Below are positions 20,392-29,051 of a stretch of DNA of 64,000 bases, in pieces. Source of the stretch: Pelagibacteraceae bacterium (GTDB lineage Bacteria > Pseudomonadota > Alphaproteobacteria > Methylaequorales > Methylaequoraceae); NCBI GenBank assembly GCA_042090305.1, contig JBELJQ010000005.1, forward strand, positions 527 to 64,526, given 5' to 3'. How positions within the stretch are numbered: position 1 is the stretch's first letter; every line of letters begins with the position of its first letter. Under the pieces are notes generated by a model. That model was not told where the DNA came from. It saw only the letters and a program-made list of their open reading frames with translations, and searched no databases. The translations under genes and the position numbers were made by a program.

Positions 20392-20693
20392 TAGCGAATT
20401 TTCATAATTTTAGATGGGTCATTCTTTTTGTTTTCCCCTTCCTTTTTAATTAAATATAAATTTCTTGTATAAATTAGGAAACCGCAGGATTGGCCTACTA
20501 TAAAAACTGGATCTGATTTATGGATTGCATAGCTTAGTAAAATAAAACTACCAGCAAGACTAATCCACCAGAAAATGTTTGGTATTATACTTTTAGATGC
20601 CCTTTCACTTACAATCCATTGAATTAAAAATCTGGAGGCAAAAACAGTTTGCCCTATAAAACCAACTATTAACCAAATTTGTTCAGTACTCAT
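20391..20693 (-). CDS. Lipid A biosynthesis N-terminal (LAB_N) domain small membrane protein
   Basis: GFIGQTVFASRFLIQWIVSE, PNIFWWISL, DPVFIVGQ, IYTRNL. ATGA overlap with GT2 puts the start at 20693. Confidence 0.92.
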   Translation of the reverse strand: MSTEQIWLIVGFIGQTVFASRFLIQWIVSERASKSIIPNIFWWISLAGSFILLSYAIHKSDPVFIVGQSCGFLIYTRNLYLIKKEGENKKNDPSKIMKIR

Positions 20694-21391
20694 ATTTTTC
20701 TCCTTTTTAAAATCATTAGTCGAACTTTTATTAAATCTGAAACACCAACCCAAAAACGGTTATTAAAGGAATATTTAGAAACTCCTCTTTCTCTTTTCCT
20801 ATCTGTTACAGAAACATTATAAATTTCTCCAGAATTCATTTTAAATAATGCTGGTAGAAATCTATGCATGTTCAAAAAGTAATTTAATTTCAAATAATCG
20901 TCCCTTGAAAATACTTTGAGAGCACAAGCTGTGTCATTACACTCGTCATTAAGAATAAAGCGTCTTACTTTATTTGCTATTTTGGAGCTTATCCTTTTTA
21001 TTATAGTATCCTGCCTGTTAATTCTGTTTCCACAAACAAGACCAAACTTTTTTTGTTTTTCTCCAAGGTTAATCCAATATTTCATTAATTTTCTCGCTTC
21101 ATATGGTGGATTTTGACCGTCTCCATCAATAATACAAATATTTTTATTTTTAGCATTTTTAATTCCAGAATACATAGCTCTACATTTCCCATAATTATGA
21201 GTATGAGTTATTAATTTGAATGGCTTATATCTAATTTTATCTTTTTTTTTTAAAAAATCGTCTGTACTACCATCATTCACTATTATTAGTTGAGGCTTTA
21301 GGTTTTTGAATTCTTTAGCAAGCTCCTCAACCAAACTAAAAATAGACTCAGATTCATTAAAAATTGGAATTATAATTGTAAAATTTTTCAT
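20690..21391 (-). CDS. GT2 polyprenol-phosphate glycosyltransferase (ArnC/RgtE/DPM-like)
   Basis: IIPIFNE, VNDGSTD, IDGDGQNPP, DTACALK, MHRFLPAL, GVSKY. Confidence 0.92.
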   Translation of the reverse strand: MKNFTIIIPIFNESESIFSLVEELAKEFKNLKPQLIIVNDGSTDDFLKKKDKIRYKPFKLITHTHNYGKCRAMYSGIKNAKNKNICIIDGDGQNPPYEARKLMKYWINLGEKQKKFGLVCGNRINRQDTIIKRISSKIANKVRRFILNDECNDTACALKVFSRDDYLKLNYFLNMHRFLPALFKMNSGEIYNVSVTDRKRERGVSKYSFNNRFWVGVSDLIKVRLMILKRRKI

Positions 21392-21428
21392 TATTTTATC
21401 TTTGATGTGATAAAGTTATTAAATAATT

Positions 21429-23042
21429 ATGTATTTTTCTCAAACTAACAGATTTCTAATTTTCATAGCAATCTGTTTTTTAATTTTTTTATCTGGTGTT
21501 TTTAAATTACCTGTTCTCGATAGAGACGAGGCTAGATTTGCTACCGCTTCAAAAACTATGCTTATGGAGAGAAATTATATAGATATAAAAATGTATGATG
21601 AGGTAAGATATAAAAAACCAGTTGGAATCTACTGGCTTCAGGTAGTATCCAATAAAATTTTTGGTGCGCGCCCTTTTGACAAAATAGCAATCTATAGACT
21701 ACCTTCTATCATTGGTATTTTTTTAAGTTTTATTTTAGTTTTTAATTATTTACGAAAAATATATTGCAATGAAATAGCTTTCCTTTCTGTATTTTTTATT
21801 ATGTTTTCATTAATAACTTTTTCAGAAACACATCAAGCTAAGACTGATGGTATTTTATTTCTTACAATTACTTTGTGTAATTTAATCACAATCAAATTTT
21901 TGGAACGTAACAACATTACCCCTTTAGAACAAATTACCTATTGGATTAGCCTTGCAATCGGAATCTTAATTAAAGGTCCAATAATTTTGATTTTTACAGT
22001 CTTACCTATGTTAATTCATTCATTTATAAAAAAAAAAAATTTATTAAAATCTTTATTTTCTCCTCTAGCATTCTTGATTTTTTTATTAATTTCAGTCCCT
22101 TGGTTTGTACTTATAACTATTGAATCTCATGGACTATTCTGGCAAGAATCAGTTGGACATGATTTGCTAAAAAAAGTAGGTTCTGGTCAAGAGTCGCACG
22201 GTTTCCCTCCGGGTTACTATTTATTAACAACTTTTATTCTTTTTTGGCCAGGTTCGGTATTCATTTTTCCAGCTATAAAATCTTTACTAAATAAGTTTAA
22301 GAGAAAATCTAAGGCTTCCGATTCCTTTCTTTTTTTGGTACTAATTATTTTTATTCCATATTTTATTTACGAAATAATTCCAACAAAACTCCCACATTAT
22401 ATATTTCCTGCATACTTCCCATTAAGTGTAATTATATCAAGATATATTATTGAATATGGAATTAATGAAGGTATTGACAAAAGATATCTACCATTGATTC
22501 TTTTATATCCATTACTTGTGATTGTGTTGATCTCTTTTGTAATATTCGAGTACTCACAAATTGACGTTAACTTTTTTTTAATTATACTTTCCCTTTCATC
22601 TATATTTATAATATTTTGGAAAAAAATTATTAATTGTTTCCAAAAATTTTTAATAATAGCTGCATTGTTCCAACTCTCGCTTTATTTAACTCTTATCTTT
22701 TTTGTAAAAGATCGTATTGATTCACTATGGATAGCTAGTAATGTAAATAGTATCATTGATACGAATTTTCCAAAGTATGACTTAATTTATAATTTTGGAT
22801 TTAATGAGCCAAGTTTAGTTTTTTTAACATCTCATAAATCAAAAAAGATAAACCCACAATACTTAAATACTGGTAATGTAAAAAACAAAAATATATTATT
22901 TATAGTAACTGATGAGTTATCAGATAGCTTCAATGATGAAAAATTAAAGGGGTTTAAACTGATTGATGAATTTTCAGGATTTAATTATTCTAAAGGAAAA
23001 AAAGTAAAATTTAATATCTTTGATAATATTGAAAATGAATAA
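21429..23042 (+). CDS. ArnT-like (GT83/PMT_2) polyprenol-phosphate-sugar:lipid A glycosyltransferase
   Basis: DRDEARFA, RYKKPVGIYW, YRLPS, AKTD, LIKGP, PTKLPHYIFPAY, EPSLVF. Confidence 0.9.
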   Translation: MYFSQTNRFLIFIAICFLIFLSGVFKLPVLDRDEARFATASKTMLMERNYIDIKMYDEVRYKKPVGIYWLQVVSNKIFGARPFDKIAIYRLPSIIGIFLSFILVFNYLRKIYCNEIAFLSVFFIMFSLITFSETHQAKTDGILFLTITLCNLITIKFLERNNITPLEQITYWISLAIGILIKGPIILIFTVLPMLIHSFIKKKNLLKSLFSPLAFLIFLLISVPWFVLITIESHGLFWQESVGHDLLKKVGSGQESHGFPPGYYLLTTFILFWPGSVFIFPAIKSLLNKFKRKSKASDSFLFLVLIIFIPYFIYEIIPTKLPHYIFPAYFPLSVIISRYIIEYGINEGIDKRYLPLILLYPLLVIVLISFVIFEYSQIDVNFFLIILSLSSIFIIFWKKIINCFQKFLIIAALFQLSLYLTLIFFVKDRIDSLWIASNVNSIIDTNFPKYDLIYNFGFNEPSLVFLTSHKSKKINPQYLNTGNVKNKNILFIVTDELSDSFNDEKLKGFKLIDEFSGFNYSKGKKVKFNIFDNIENE

Positions 23043-23811
23043 TGTTAGTAAAATATCTTTTATAATAACAACTAAGTTTTTCATACTAATACTATTAACA
23101 ACTTTAATTTTTTTTATTTTCTTAGATATTCCTATCTATGAGCTGACAAAGTCATTCAAAGGAATTATTTTTAGTTTTTTTAGAAACATCATTGATCCAA
23201 TATCGGATATATTTGATCCATTTAATATCATTATTTTATGCTTAATTTTATTGACAATAAACTTAAATATTCATTCCATCTTAAAAAATGACGTGAAGAT
23301 AAAAACACTAAAAAAAAAAACTAACTTTTCAGAAAAAAAAATTCTAGATTCATTTAGCTTAATTAAATTAATATGCCAACATTTTATAATATCTTTAGCA
23401 TTAGCAGGAATTATTTGTAATTTGCTGAAATATATAATAGGTGTTTCTCGTCCTAAATATTTTTTTTTGCATGATTATGATAGAGTTAATCCCTTTAATT
23501 TTGAACATAAAGTAAATTCATTTCCATCAGGGCATACTCAAGCAGCTTTCACATTAGCTATACTATTAATTATATATACAAATAGATATACAATTTTTAT
23601 TTTAGTCATGGCAATTCTTATGGCTTTATCGAGAATTTTTATGTCGATGCACTTTCCAAGTGATTTAATCTTTGGGGCTTATGTAGGAAGTTTTATTCCC
23701 ATAATAGTTTTTAAACTTTATTTTATGAAAAAAATTGAAAAAATTATTTCATCTAATGATATTGAAATTTCTGATCTTTCTAGAATAATGTATTATAGAG
23801 TATTTATATGA
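23035..23811 (+). CDS. PAP2 phosphatase, LpxE-like lipid A 1-phosphatase candidate
   Basis: KYIIGVSRP, SFPSGH, SRIFMSMHFPSD (all three PAP2 motifs); coupled to arnT. Confidence 0.85.
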   Translation: MNNVSKISFIITTKFFILILLTTLIFFIFLDIPIYELTKSFKGIIFSFFRNIIDPISDIFDPFNIIILCLILLTINLNIHSILKNDVKIKTLKKKTNFSEKKILDSFSLIKLICQHFIISLALAGIICNLLKYIIGVSRPKYFFLHDYDRVNPFNFEHKVNSFPSGHTQAAFTLAILLIIYTNRYTIFILVMAILMALSRIFMSMHFPSDLIFGAYVGSFIPIIVFKLYFMKKIEKIISSNDIEISDLSRIMYYRVFI

Positions 23812-24122
23812 AAATCTTTATTGTTATTTTGATGACTATAACATTTAAGTTTAGTGACTTGCATGCAGGTAATTGGTGTAAAGCTGTTTATCAAGTAGAT
23901 ATCGCAATGGGAGAACTTACTAGACAAATTTCAAAATGTAAAAATTCTGATAACTTTTTTCTTGCTATTCATACCACATACAAGAATTCTGGTCATTTGA
24001 TTAATGCATTAATAGCTCAGTATTGTGATATTAGAAGACAAATTATTACAACCAACCCTAGGGAAGGTGATCCATTTTTTACAGTTGTATGTGAATTTAG
24101 AAGAAACAAGATCAGAAAATAG
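23808..24122 (+). CDS. Hypothetical small secreted protein with 4 Cys
   Basis: Signal-peptide-like N-terminus ending LHA|G; ATGA overlap with the PAP2 gene; Cys in NWC, SKC, QYCD, VVCE. Confidence 0.75.
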   Translation: MKIFIVILMTITFKFSDLHAGNWCKAVYQVDIAMGELTRQISKCKNSDNFFLAIHTTYKNSGHLINALIAQYCDIRRQIITTNPREGDPFFTVVCEFRRNKIRK

Positions 24123-24157
24123 TTAAACAAATTTGTTAAAAGTCGTTTATTTTATGA

Positions 24158-24331
24158 ATGCTAAATTTAATAAACAATTTAAGATTTGATAGACTAGAGA
24201 AATCTAGACAACATTCTTTCAAAAAAGATCTCGAGAATTATACTTCTTCTGAACTCAGTTTATCTGATTATTCTAAGTTTGATAACAAACATTTATCTTT
24301 GGATTGGATTTCTATTTACAGAAAGCAATAA
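24158..24331 (+). CDS. Putative unannotated 57-aa small protein
   Basis: Manual translation MLNLINNLRFDRLEKSRQHSFKKDLENYTSSELSLSDYSKFDNKHLSLDWISIYRKQ; the stop falls in the 5' arm of the terminator. No clear SD. Confidence 0.45.
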   Translation: MLNLINNLRFDRLEKSRQHSFKKDLENYTSSELSLSDYSKFDNKHLSLDWISIYRKQ

Positions 24332-24357
24332 AACCCTAGTAAACTAGGGTTTTATTG
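24326..24357. terminator. Bidirectional intrinsic terminator (perfect 15-bp inverted repeat)
   Basis: CAATAAAACCCTAGT-AA-ACTAGGGTTTTATTG; CCCTAG/CTAGGG stem with a U-tract on both strands. Confidence 0.85.
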
Positions 24358-24364
24358 GAGGAAA

Positions 24365-24448
24365 TTAAAATAGACTTGAAACTAGTAATAACAAAAATAT
24401 TGTTGAGAATGTAATTGCACAAAACTTTGTTATTGAAATACTAGCCAC
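24365..24448 (-). CDS. Putative leaderless 27-aa hydrophobic peptide (or ~120-nt sRNA)
   Basis: GTG at the predicted TSS; MASISITKFCAITFSTIFLLLLVSSLF; stop just before the terminator. Confidence 0.35.
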   Translation of the reverse strand: MASISITKFCAITFSTIFLLLLVSSLF

Positions 24449-24455
24449 AAATATC

Positions 24456-24484
24456 AATATATAGTAACAATTTTTAGTTGTCAA
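24456..24484 (-). promoter_or_regulatory. Near-consensus sigma70 promoter pointing away from the ufa operon
   Basis: Minus strand TTGACA (24484-24479) - 17 nt - TATATT (24461-24456). Confidence 0.6.
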
Positions 24485-24492
24485 ACAATATA

Positions 24493-24521
24493 TTGATTTT
24501 TTGTATTTAAATTTTTACATT
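24493..24521 (+). promoter_or_regulatory. Possible sigma70-type promoter for the ufaD-like operon
   Basis: TTGATT-N17-TACATT about 20 nt before the GTG start; a weak match in AT-rich DNA. Confidence 0.3.
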
Positions 24522-24541
24522 TTTTTTTTTAATATTATCTT

Positions 24542-25792
24542 GTGAGAAAATTAAAAATAGCAGTTATCGGTAGCGGCATATCAGGTTTGGCAACATCATG
24601 GATGTTATCAAAATCATGTGATGTTGAATTATATGAGAAAAATAACTACTTCGGTGGGCACGCCAATACCCAAAATGTAAAATTAGGAGATGAGAAACAA
24701 TTCAAAGTAGATACTGGCTTCATTGTCTTTAATGAAGTTAATTACCCCAATTTATGTGATTTATTTAAAAATCTAGGTGTTGAAACTTATTCAAGTGATA
24801 TGTCGTTTGCTGCATCAATAAATGATGGTAATGTTGAATATTCAGGTTCATCTTTACTAAATATCTTTGCTCAGAAAAAGAATATTTTTAATTTAAAATT
24901 CTTAAAAATGGTTTATGAAATAATAAGATTTTATAGAACCGTTGAAAAAGATGCAGCAAAATATACCGAATATACATTAAAGGACTACCTGGAAGAAAAA
25001 TGTTATTCAGAATATTTCAAATTTTATCACATTTATCCAATGGCTTCTAGCATATGGTCGTCATCTATAAATGAAATATCAAACTTCCCATTTACTCAAT
25101 TTGTAAATTTTTTTTCAAATCATGGTCTTTTAAATTTAGTAAATAGACCCAAATGGAGAACAGTTGTTGACGGTAGTCAAGCATATGTAAAAAAGATTAT
25201 AGATTCACCTAATTTAAAATCATTTAAAAATGCTAATGTGAAAGTCATTAAATGTAATAAGAATGGAGTGAATTTAACAATTAATAAAAAGCAAAAAAGA
25301 TTTGATCATGTTGTTGTTGCAGTACATTCCGATCAAGTTATAAGGCTAGTAAGTTGCTTAGGTGATAAACAAAAAAAACTTTTCAAAAAAATTAAATATT
25401 CAGTTAATAAAGTATACTTACATACTGACGATCAATTTATGCCAAAAAGAAGAAATGTGTGGGCGAGTTGGAATTATATTCAAGGTAAAGGAAATAAAAA
25501 AAAACTGTCTGTTACCTATTGGATGAATAAGTTACAAAAACTAGATACAAAAAAAAATATTTTTGTAACTTTGAATCCAGAAAAATCGCCTTTAAAAGGT
25601 AAATTAATTAAAACAGTATTATATAACCATCCATTATTTGATCTAGATACATTTAAGACTCAAAAAAAAATCAAAAAAATTCAAGGTTTGAATAAATTAT
25701 GGTTTTGCGGGGCTTATTTAGGATATGGTTTTCATGAAGACGGAATTAAATCTGGCTTATCTGTTGCAAGTAAAATTTTAGAAACAAAATAA
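24542..25792 (+). CDS. FAD-dependent oxidoreductase COG2907 (UfaD/RSP1091-like fatty acid desaturase)
   Basis: GSGISG, GGHANT, VDTGFIVFNEVNYPNL, WASWNY, VTYWMNKLQ, GAYLGYGFHEDG; followed by DUF1365 and cfa. Confidence 0.88.
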   Translation: MRKLKIAVIGSGISGLATSWMLSKSCDVELYEKNNYFGGHANTQNVKLGDEKQFKVDTGFIVFNEVNYPNLCDLFKNLGVETYSSDMSFAASINDGNVEYSGSSLLNIFAQKKNIFNLKFLKMVYEIIRFYRTVEKDAAKYTEYTLKDYLEEKCYSEYFKFYHIYPMASSIWSSSINEISNFPFTQFVNFFSNHGLLNLVNRPKWRTVVDGSQAYVKKIIDSPNLKSFKNANVKVIKCNKNGVNLTINKKQKRFDHVVVAVHSDQVIRLVSCLGDKQKKLFKKIKYSVNKVYLHTDDQFMPKRRNVWASWNYIQGKGNKKKLSVTYWMNKLQKLDTKKNIFVTLNPEKSPLKGKLIKTVLYNHPLFDLDTFKTQKKIKKIQGLNKLWFCGAYLGYGFHEDGIKSGLSVASKILETK

Positions 25793-25793
25793 T

Positions 25794-26558
25794 ATGGAAC
25801 AAATAAGTTTTCAAGAAAACACAATTTTTTCAGGATTAGTTTCACACACCAGATTATTACCCTTTCAGCATACATTTAAATATAGAGTTAATTATTTCTG
25901 GTTTAGTTTAGATAATTTTAGAAAATATAAATTTTTCAAAAAGAATGAATTCAGTTTATTCTCTTTTTACGATAAAGATCATGGTCCAATTGAGAAGGAT
26001 GTGGACTTATATGAATATTTGAAGAAAAAAATTGATTCTAAAGTGTTAAGTATATCACATATTAAGGCATTTTGTTTGCCTAGAATTGTAGGTTATAACT
26101 TTAACCCAATATCAATTTTTGTTTGTTATAATTCAAGAAAAATTCCCAATACAATAATTTTTGAAGTAAATAATACATTCAGAGAAAGACATATATATTC
26201 ATGTAAGATTTTAAGAGAAAAGGAGATTTTTAATCTTAAGAAAAAATTTTATGTTTCTCCCTTTTTTTCTGTTGAAGGGTATTACAAAGTTCAATTTAAA
26301 ATAAATAACAAAAAAATTAACTTGATTATCGATTATTATTTGAATAAAAAAAAAGTATTTAACGCATCGTTTAATGGTATCCCTAGAAAAATGAGTAACT
26401 CAAACTTAATTAAAACTTTTTTATTATCTTTGACCCAAAATATTAAAGTAACTCTCTCGATATATATTCAAGCCTTGAAACTTTTTTTAAAAGGAGCCAG
26501 ATATATTAAACGTCCAAAATTTTCAAAAACTATTTTTACAAATACAAATGACCAGTAA
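25794..26558 (+). CDS. DUF1365 protein (UfaO/RSP1090-like)
   Basis: HTRLLPFQHTFKY, LPRIVGYNFNPIS, EVNNTFRERH, KKFYVSPFF, IYIQALKL. Confidence 0.9.
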   Translation: MEQISFQENTIFSGLVSHTRLLPFQHTFKYRVNYFWFSLDNFRKYKFFKKNEFSLFSFYDKDHGPIEKDVDLYEYLKKKIDSKVLSISHIKAFCLPRIVGYNFNPISIFVCYNSRKIPNTIIFEVNNTFRERHIYSCKILREKEIFNLKKKFYVSPFFSVEGYYKVQFKINNKKINLIIDYYLNKKKVFNASFNGIPRKMSNSNLIKTFLLSLTQNIKVTLSIYIQALKLFLKGARYIKRPKFSKTIFTNTNDQ

Positions 26559-27738
26559 TTCAGATTTTAAGCAAAAGATTGATTTATTTTTGTCAGTTCT
26601 AAAGCAAAGCAGGTTCGGGAATATATCTGTATTCCATAAAAATAAAAAATTATTAGACTTTAAAGCACCAGAAGTAGGACCAAATGCAGAAATTAACATA
26701 ATCAATGAAAAATGTTTAGATGATTTCTTTTTGAAAGGTGATCTTGGCTGGGCAGAAAGTTATATTCAAAAAAATTGGGAAACAAATAATTTATCGATGT
26801 TTCTTGAGTGGGGGGCAAAAAATTTTCATGAGTTTACAAAATTTATAAGAGGAAAATGGTACATAATATTTTATCTTAGACTCAAACATTATTTGAATAA
26901 TAATTCAAAGAAAGGGTCAAAGAAAAATATTCATTTTCATTATGATTTGGGAAATAAATTTTATGAGAAGTGGCTTGATAAATCTATGACCTACTCATCG
27001 GCCTATTTTAAAAAAGAAAATGAATCTTTACTATCTGCACAGATTAATAAGTATCAAAATCTCGCAAATTTAGTTCAAATTAAACCGGGTGATAGAGTGC
27101 TTGAAATAGGTTGTGGTTGGGGCGGATTTTCAGAGTTTCTGGCAACAAAATATAAGGCCAAGGTAACAGCGATTACAATCTCCAAAAATCAATACGTAGC
27201 TGTCAAAAAACGAATTAGTGAAAAAAATCTTAAAGATTTGATTAGAGTTGAACTTAAAGACTACAGAGATATTAAGGGAAAGTTTGATAAAATTGTGTCT
27301 ATTGAAATGTTTGAGGCGGTTGGCGAAAAGTATTGGAATATATTTTTTAATAAACTTAGTGAAAGTCTTAATGTAAATGGATGTATTGGGTTACAAACAA
27401 TTACTATCGAGGAAAGATTTTTTAAAACCTATAAAAAGTTCCCTGACTTTATACAAACCTATATTTTCCCAGGTGGGATGCTACCTTCCATACCAGCTAT
27501 AAGTAAGCTGATGTCAAATAGTGGTCTTGAAATAGAAAAAAATATGATGTTTGGTTCCCACTATGCTAAAACATTAGAACATTGGAGAGAATCATTTCAA
27601 AAGTCTATTTCTTCACTTAAGGTATTAGGATTTAATGAAAAATTCTATAGAATGTGGCAATATTATCTAAGTTATTGCGAAGGTGGATTTAGATCTGGCA
27701 ACATAAACGTCGGTCAATTTCTAATAAAAAAAAATTAA
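26548..27738 (+). CDS. cfa: Cfa-family SAM-dependent fatty acyl methyltransferase (UfaM/RSP2144-like)
   Basis: HYDLGNKFY, MTYSSA, LEIGCGWGG, SIEMFEAVG, FIQTYIFPGG, WQYYLSYCEGGF. Confidence 0.93.
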   Translation: MTSNSDFKQKIDLFLSVLKQSRFGNISVFHKNKKLLDFKAPEVGPNAEINIINEKCLDDFFLKGDLGWAESYIQKNWETNNLSMFLEWGAKNFHEFTKFIRGKWYIIFYLRLKHYLNNNSKKGSKKNIHFHYDLGNKFYEKWLDKSMTYSSAYFKKENESLLSAQINKYQNLANLVQIKPGDRVLEIGCGWGGFSEFLATKYKAKVTAITISKNQYVAVKKRISEKNLKDLIRVELKDYRDIKGKFDKIVSIEMFEAVGEKYWNIFFNKLSESLNVNGCIGLQTITIEERFFKTYKKFPDFIQTYIFPGGMLPSIPAISKLMSNSGLEIEKNMMFGSHYAKTLEHWRESFQKSISSLKVLGFNEKFYRMWQYYLSYCEGGFRSGNINVGQFLIKKN

Positions 27739-27749
27739 TTGGTTTTTAA

Positions 27750-29021
27750 TTGAAACATATATTTTATTCACTTCCTGCCTTTGCATTTGCAATCCCAACA
27801 TTCCCAGTAATGGTGTTCCTACCTGCCCTTTACTCTGAAAACTTTGGACTTAGTGTTTCATATATAGGAATTGTTTTATTTATAGCAAAAATCTTTGATA
27901 TAATCACAGATCCTGTTATGGGTTTGTTAAACGATAAAAGGATTTTGAGCAGAAAATTTTGGATAATAATTGGAGCAATACTTTCTGGACTCTCGTTACA
28001 TAAATTATTCCAGCTGGAAAGTTTACCTTATAATGAATATTTATTTATTTGGATAGTATTACTTTACGTTGGGTGGACAATGTTTCAAATTCCTTACTTA
28101 TCAATAGGTTATGAAATAGAGGATAACTATCATGATAGAACAAAGTTAAGTGCATCTAGAGAGTTTTTTGTTTTACTAGGGTTATTTTGTTCCTTATCAA
28201 TTCCGATGATTGTTGAATTAGATAATAAAGAATTAGTCAAAAGTTTAGTCAATTTAGCTTTAATCTCAGGTTTTTTGGGGTTAGTTTGCTTTTTATTTTT
28301 TGTTAGAATTAAAAGGCCCAAAGCTAGGGCAAAACTCTCCATCAACACCATTTTGAATTTAAAGAAAAATTCAAAAATAAAGAGATTATTTTTTATATGG
28401 TTTTTAAACTCTCTTGCAAATGTTTTCCCAATGATTCTTTTCGTTTTTTTTATTACTTATGTTTTAGGAGGAAATGATGGAAATAGGCAGGAAACCTTAT
28501 TTTACTATTTTCTTTTTTCAGTAATTGGAATTCCAATTTGGACTTTCTTGTCAAAAAAAACTAATAAAGTTTTTACATGGAGAATTTCATTAGTATTATC
28601 GGCTATTTTTTTTTCACTAGTTTTACTCTTAGAAAATGGAAATTTTACTTATTTTATAATTATATCATGCTTAACAGGACTATGTTTAGGAGCTGACTTA
28701 CTTATTCCATTATCTATACAGGCAGATATGATTGATCTTCATAAAATGGAATTTAAGGAGGATATATCAGGCTTTATTTTTTCAGTAATTACATTTCTGA
28801 ATAAGATATCTTTTGCAATAGCAAGCATATTTATTTTTGGAATCCTAGGCATGCTTAATTTTGATTCTGATATGGATATAAACCAAGAAAGTAAATACTT
28901 TATCATATTTAGTTATGCTGTAATTCCTATAATACTTAAGTTAATTGCATCACGCCTTCTTAAAAGATTTAATTTTACTGAAAATGAATTAATAACTATA
29001 CAAAAAGAAATAAATATGTGA
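27750..29021 (+). CDS. GPH/MelB-type MFS transporter (RSP1089-like)
   Basis: KIFDIITDPVMG, IPYLSIGYEI, REFF, GADLLIP, ADMID; polytopic membrane protein. Confidence 0.85.
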   Translation: MKHIFYSLPAFAFAIPTFPVMVFLPALYSENFGLSVSYIGIVLFIAKIFDIITDPVMGLLNDKRILSRKFWIIIGAILSGLSLHKLFQLESLPYNEYLFIWIVLLYVGWTMFQIPYLSIGYEIEDNYHDRTKLSASREFFVLLGLFCSLSIPMIVELDNKELVKSLVNLALISGFLGLVCFLFFVRIKRPKARAKLSINTILNLKKNSKIKRLFFIWFLNSLANVFPMILFVFFITYVLGGNDGNRQETLFYYFLFSVIGIPIWTFLSKKTNKVFTWRISLVLSAIFFSLVLLLENGNFTYFIIISCLTGLCLGADLLIPLSIQADMIDLHKMEFKEDISGFIFSVITFLNKISFAIASIFIFGILGMLNFDSDMDINQESKYFIIFSYAVIPIILKLIASRLLKRFNFTENELITIQKEINM

Positions 29022-29051
29022 AAAAATGTTAAGAATTAATATATTAAGTTT

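Noticed and set aside
24520-24530. T11 tract upstream of the ufaD-like gene as a phase-variation switch
   Set aside because: Runs of 9-11 A/T are common throughout this AT-rich window, and the tract lies mostly downstream of the putative -10, so it would not change promoter spacing.
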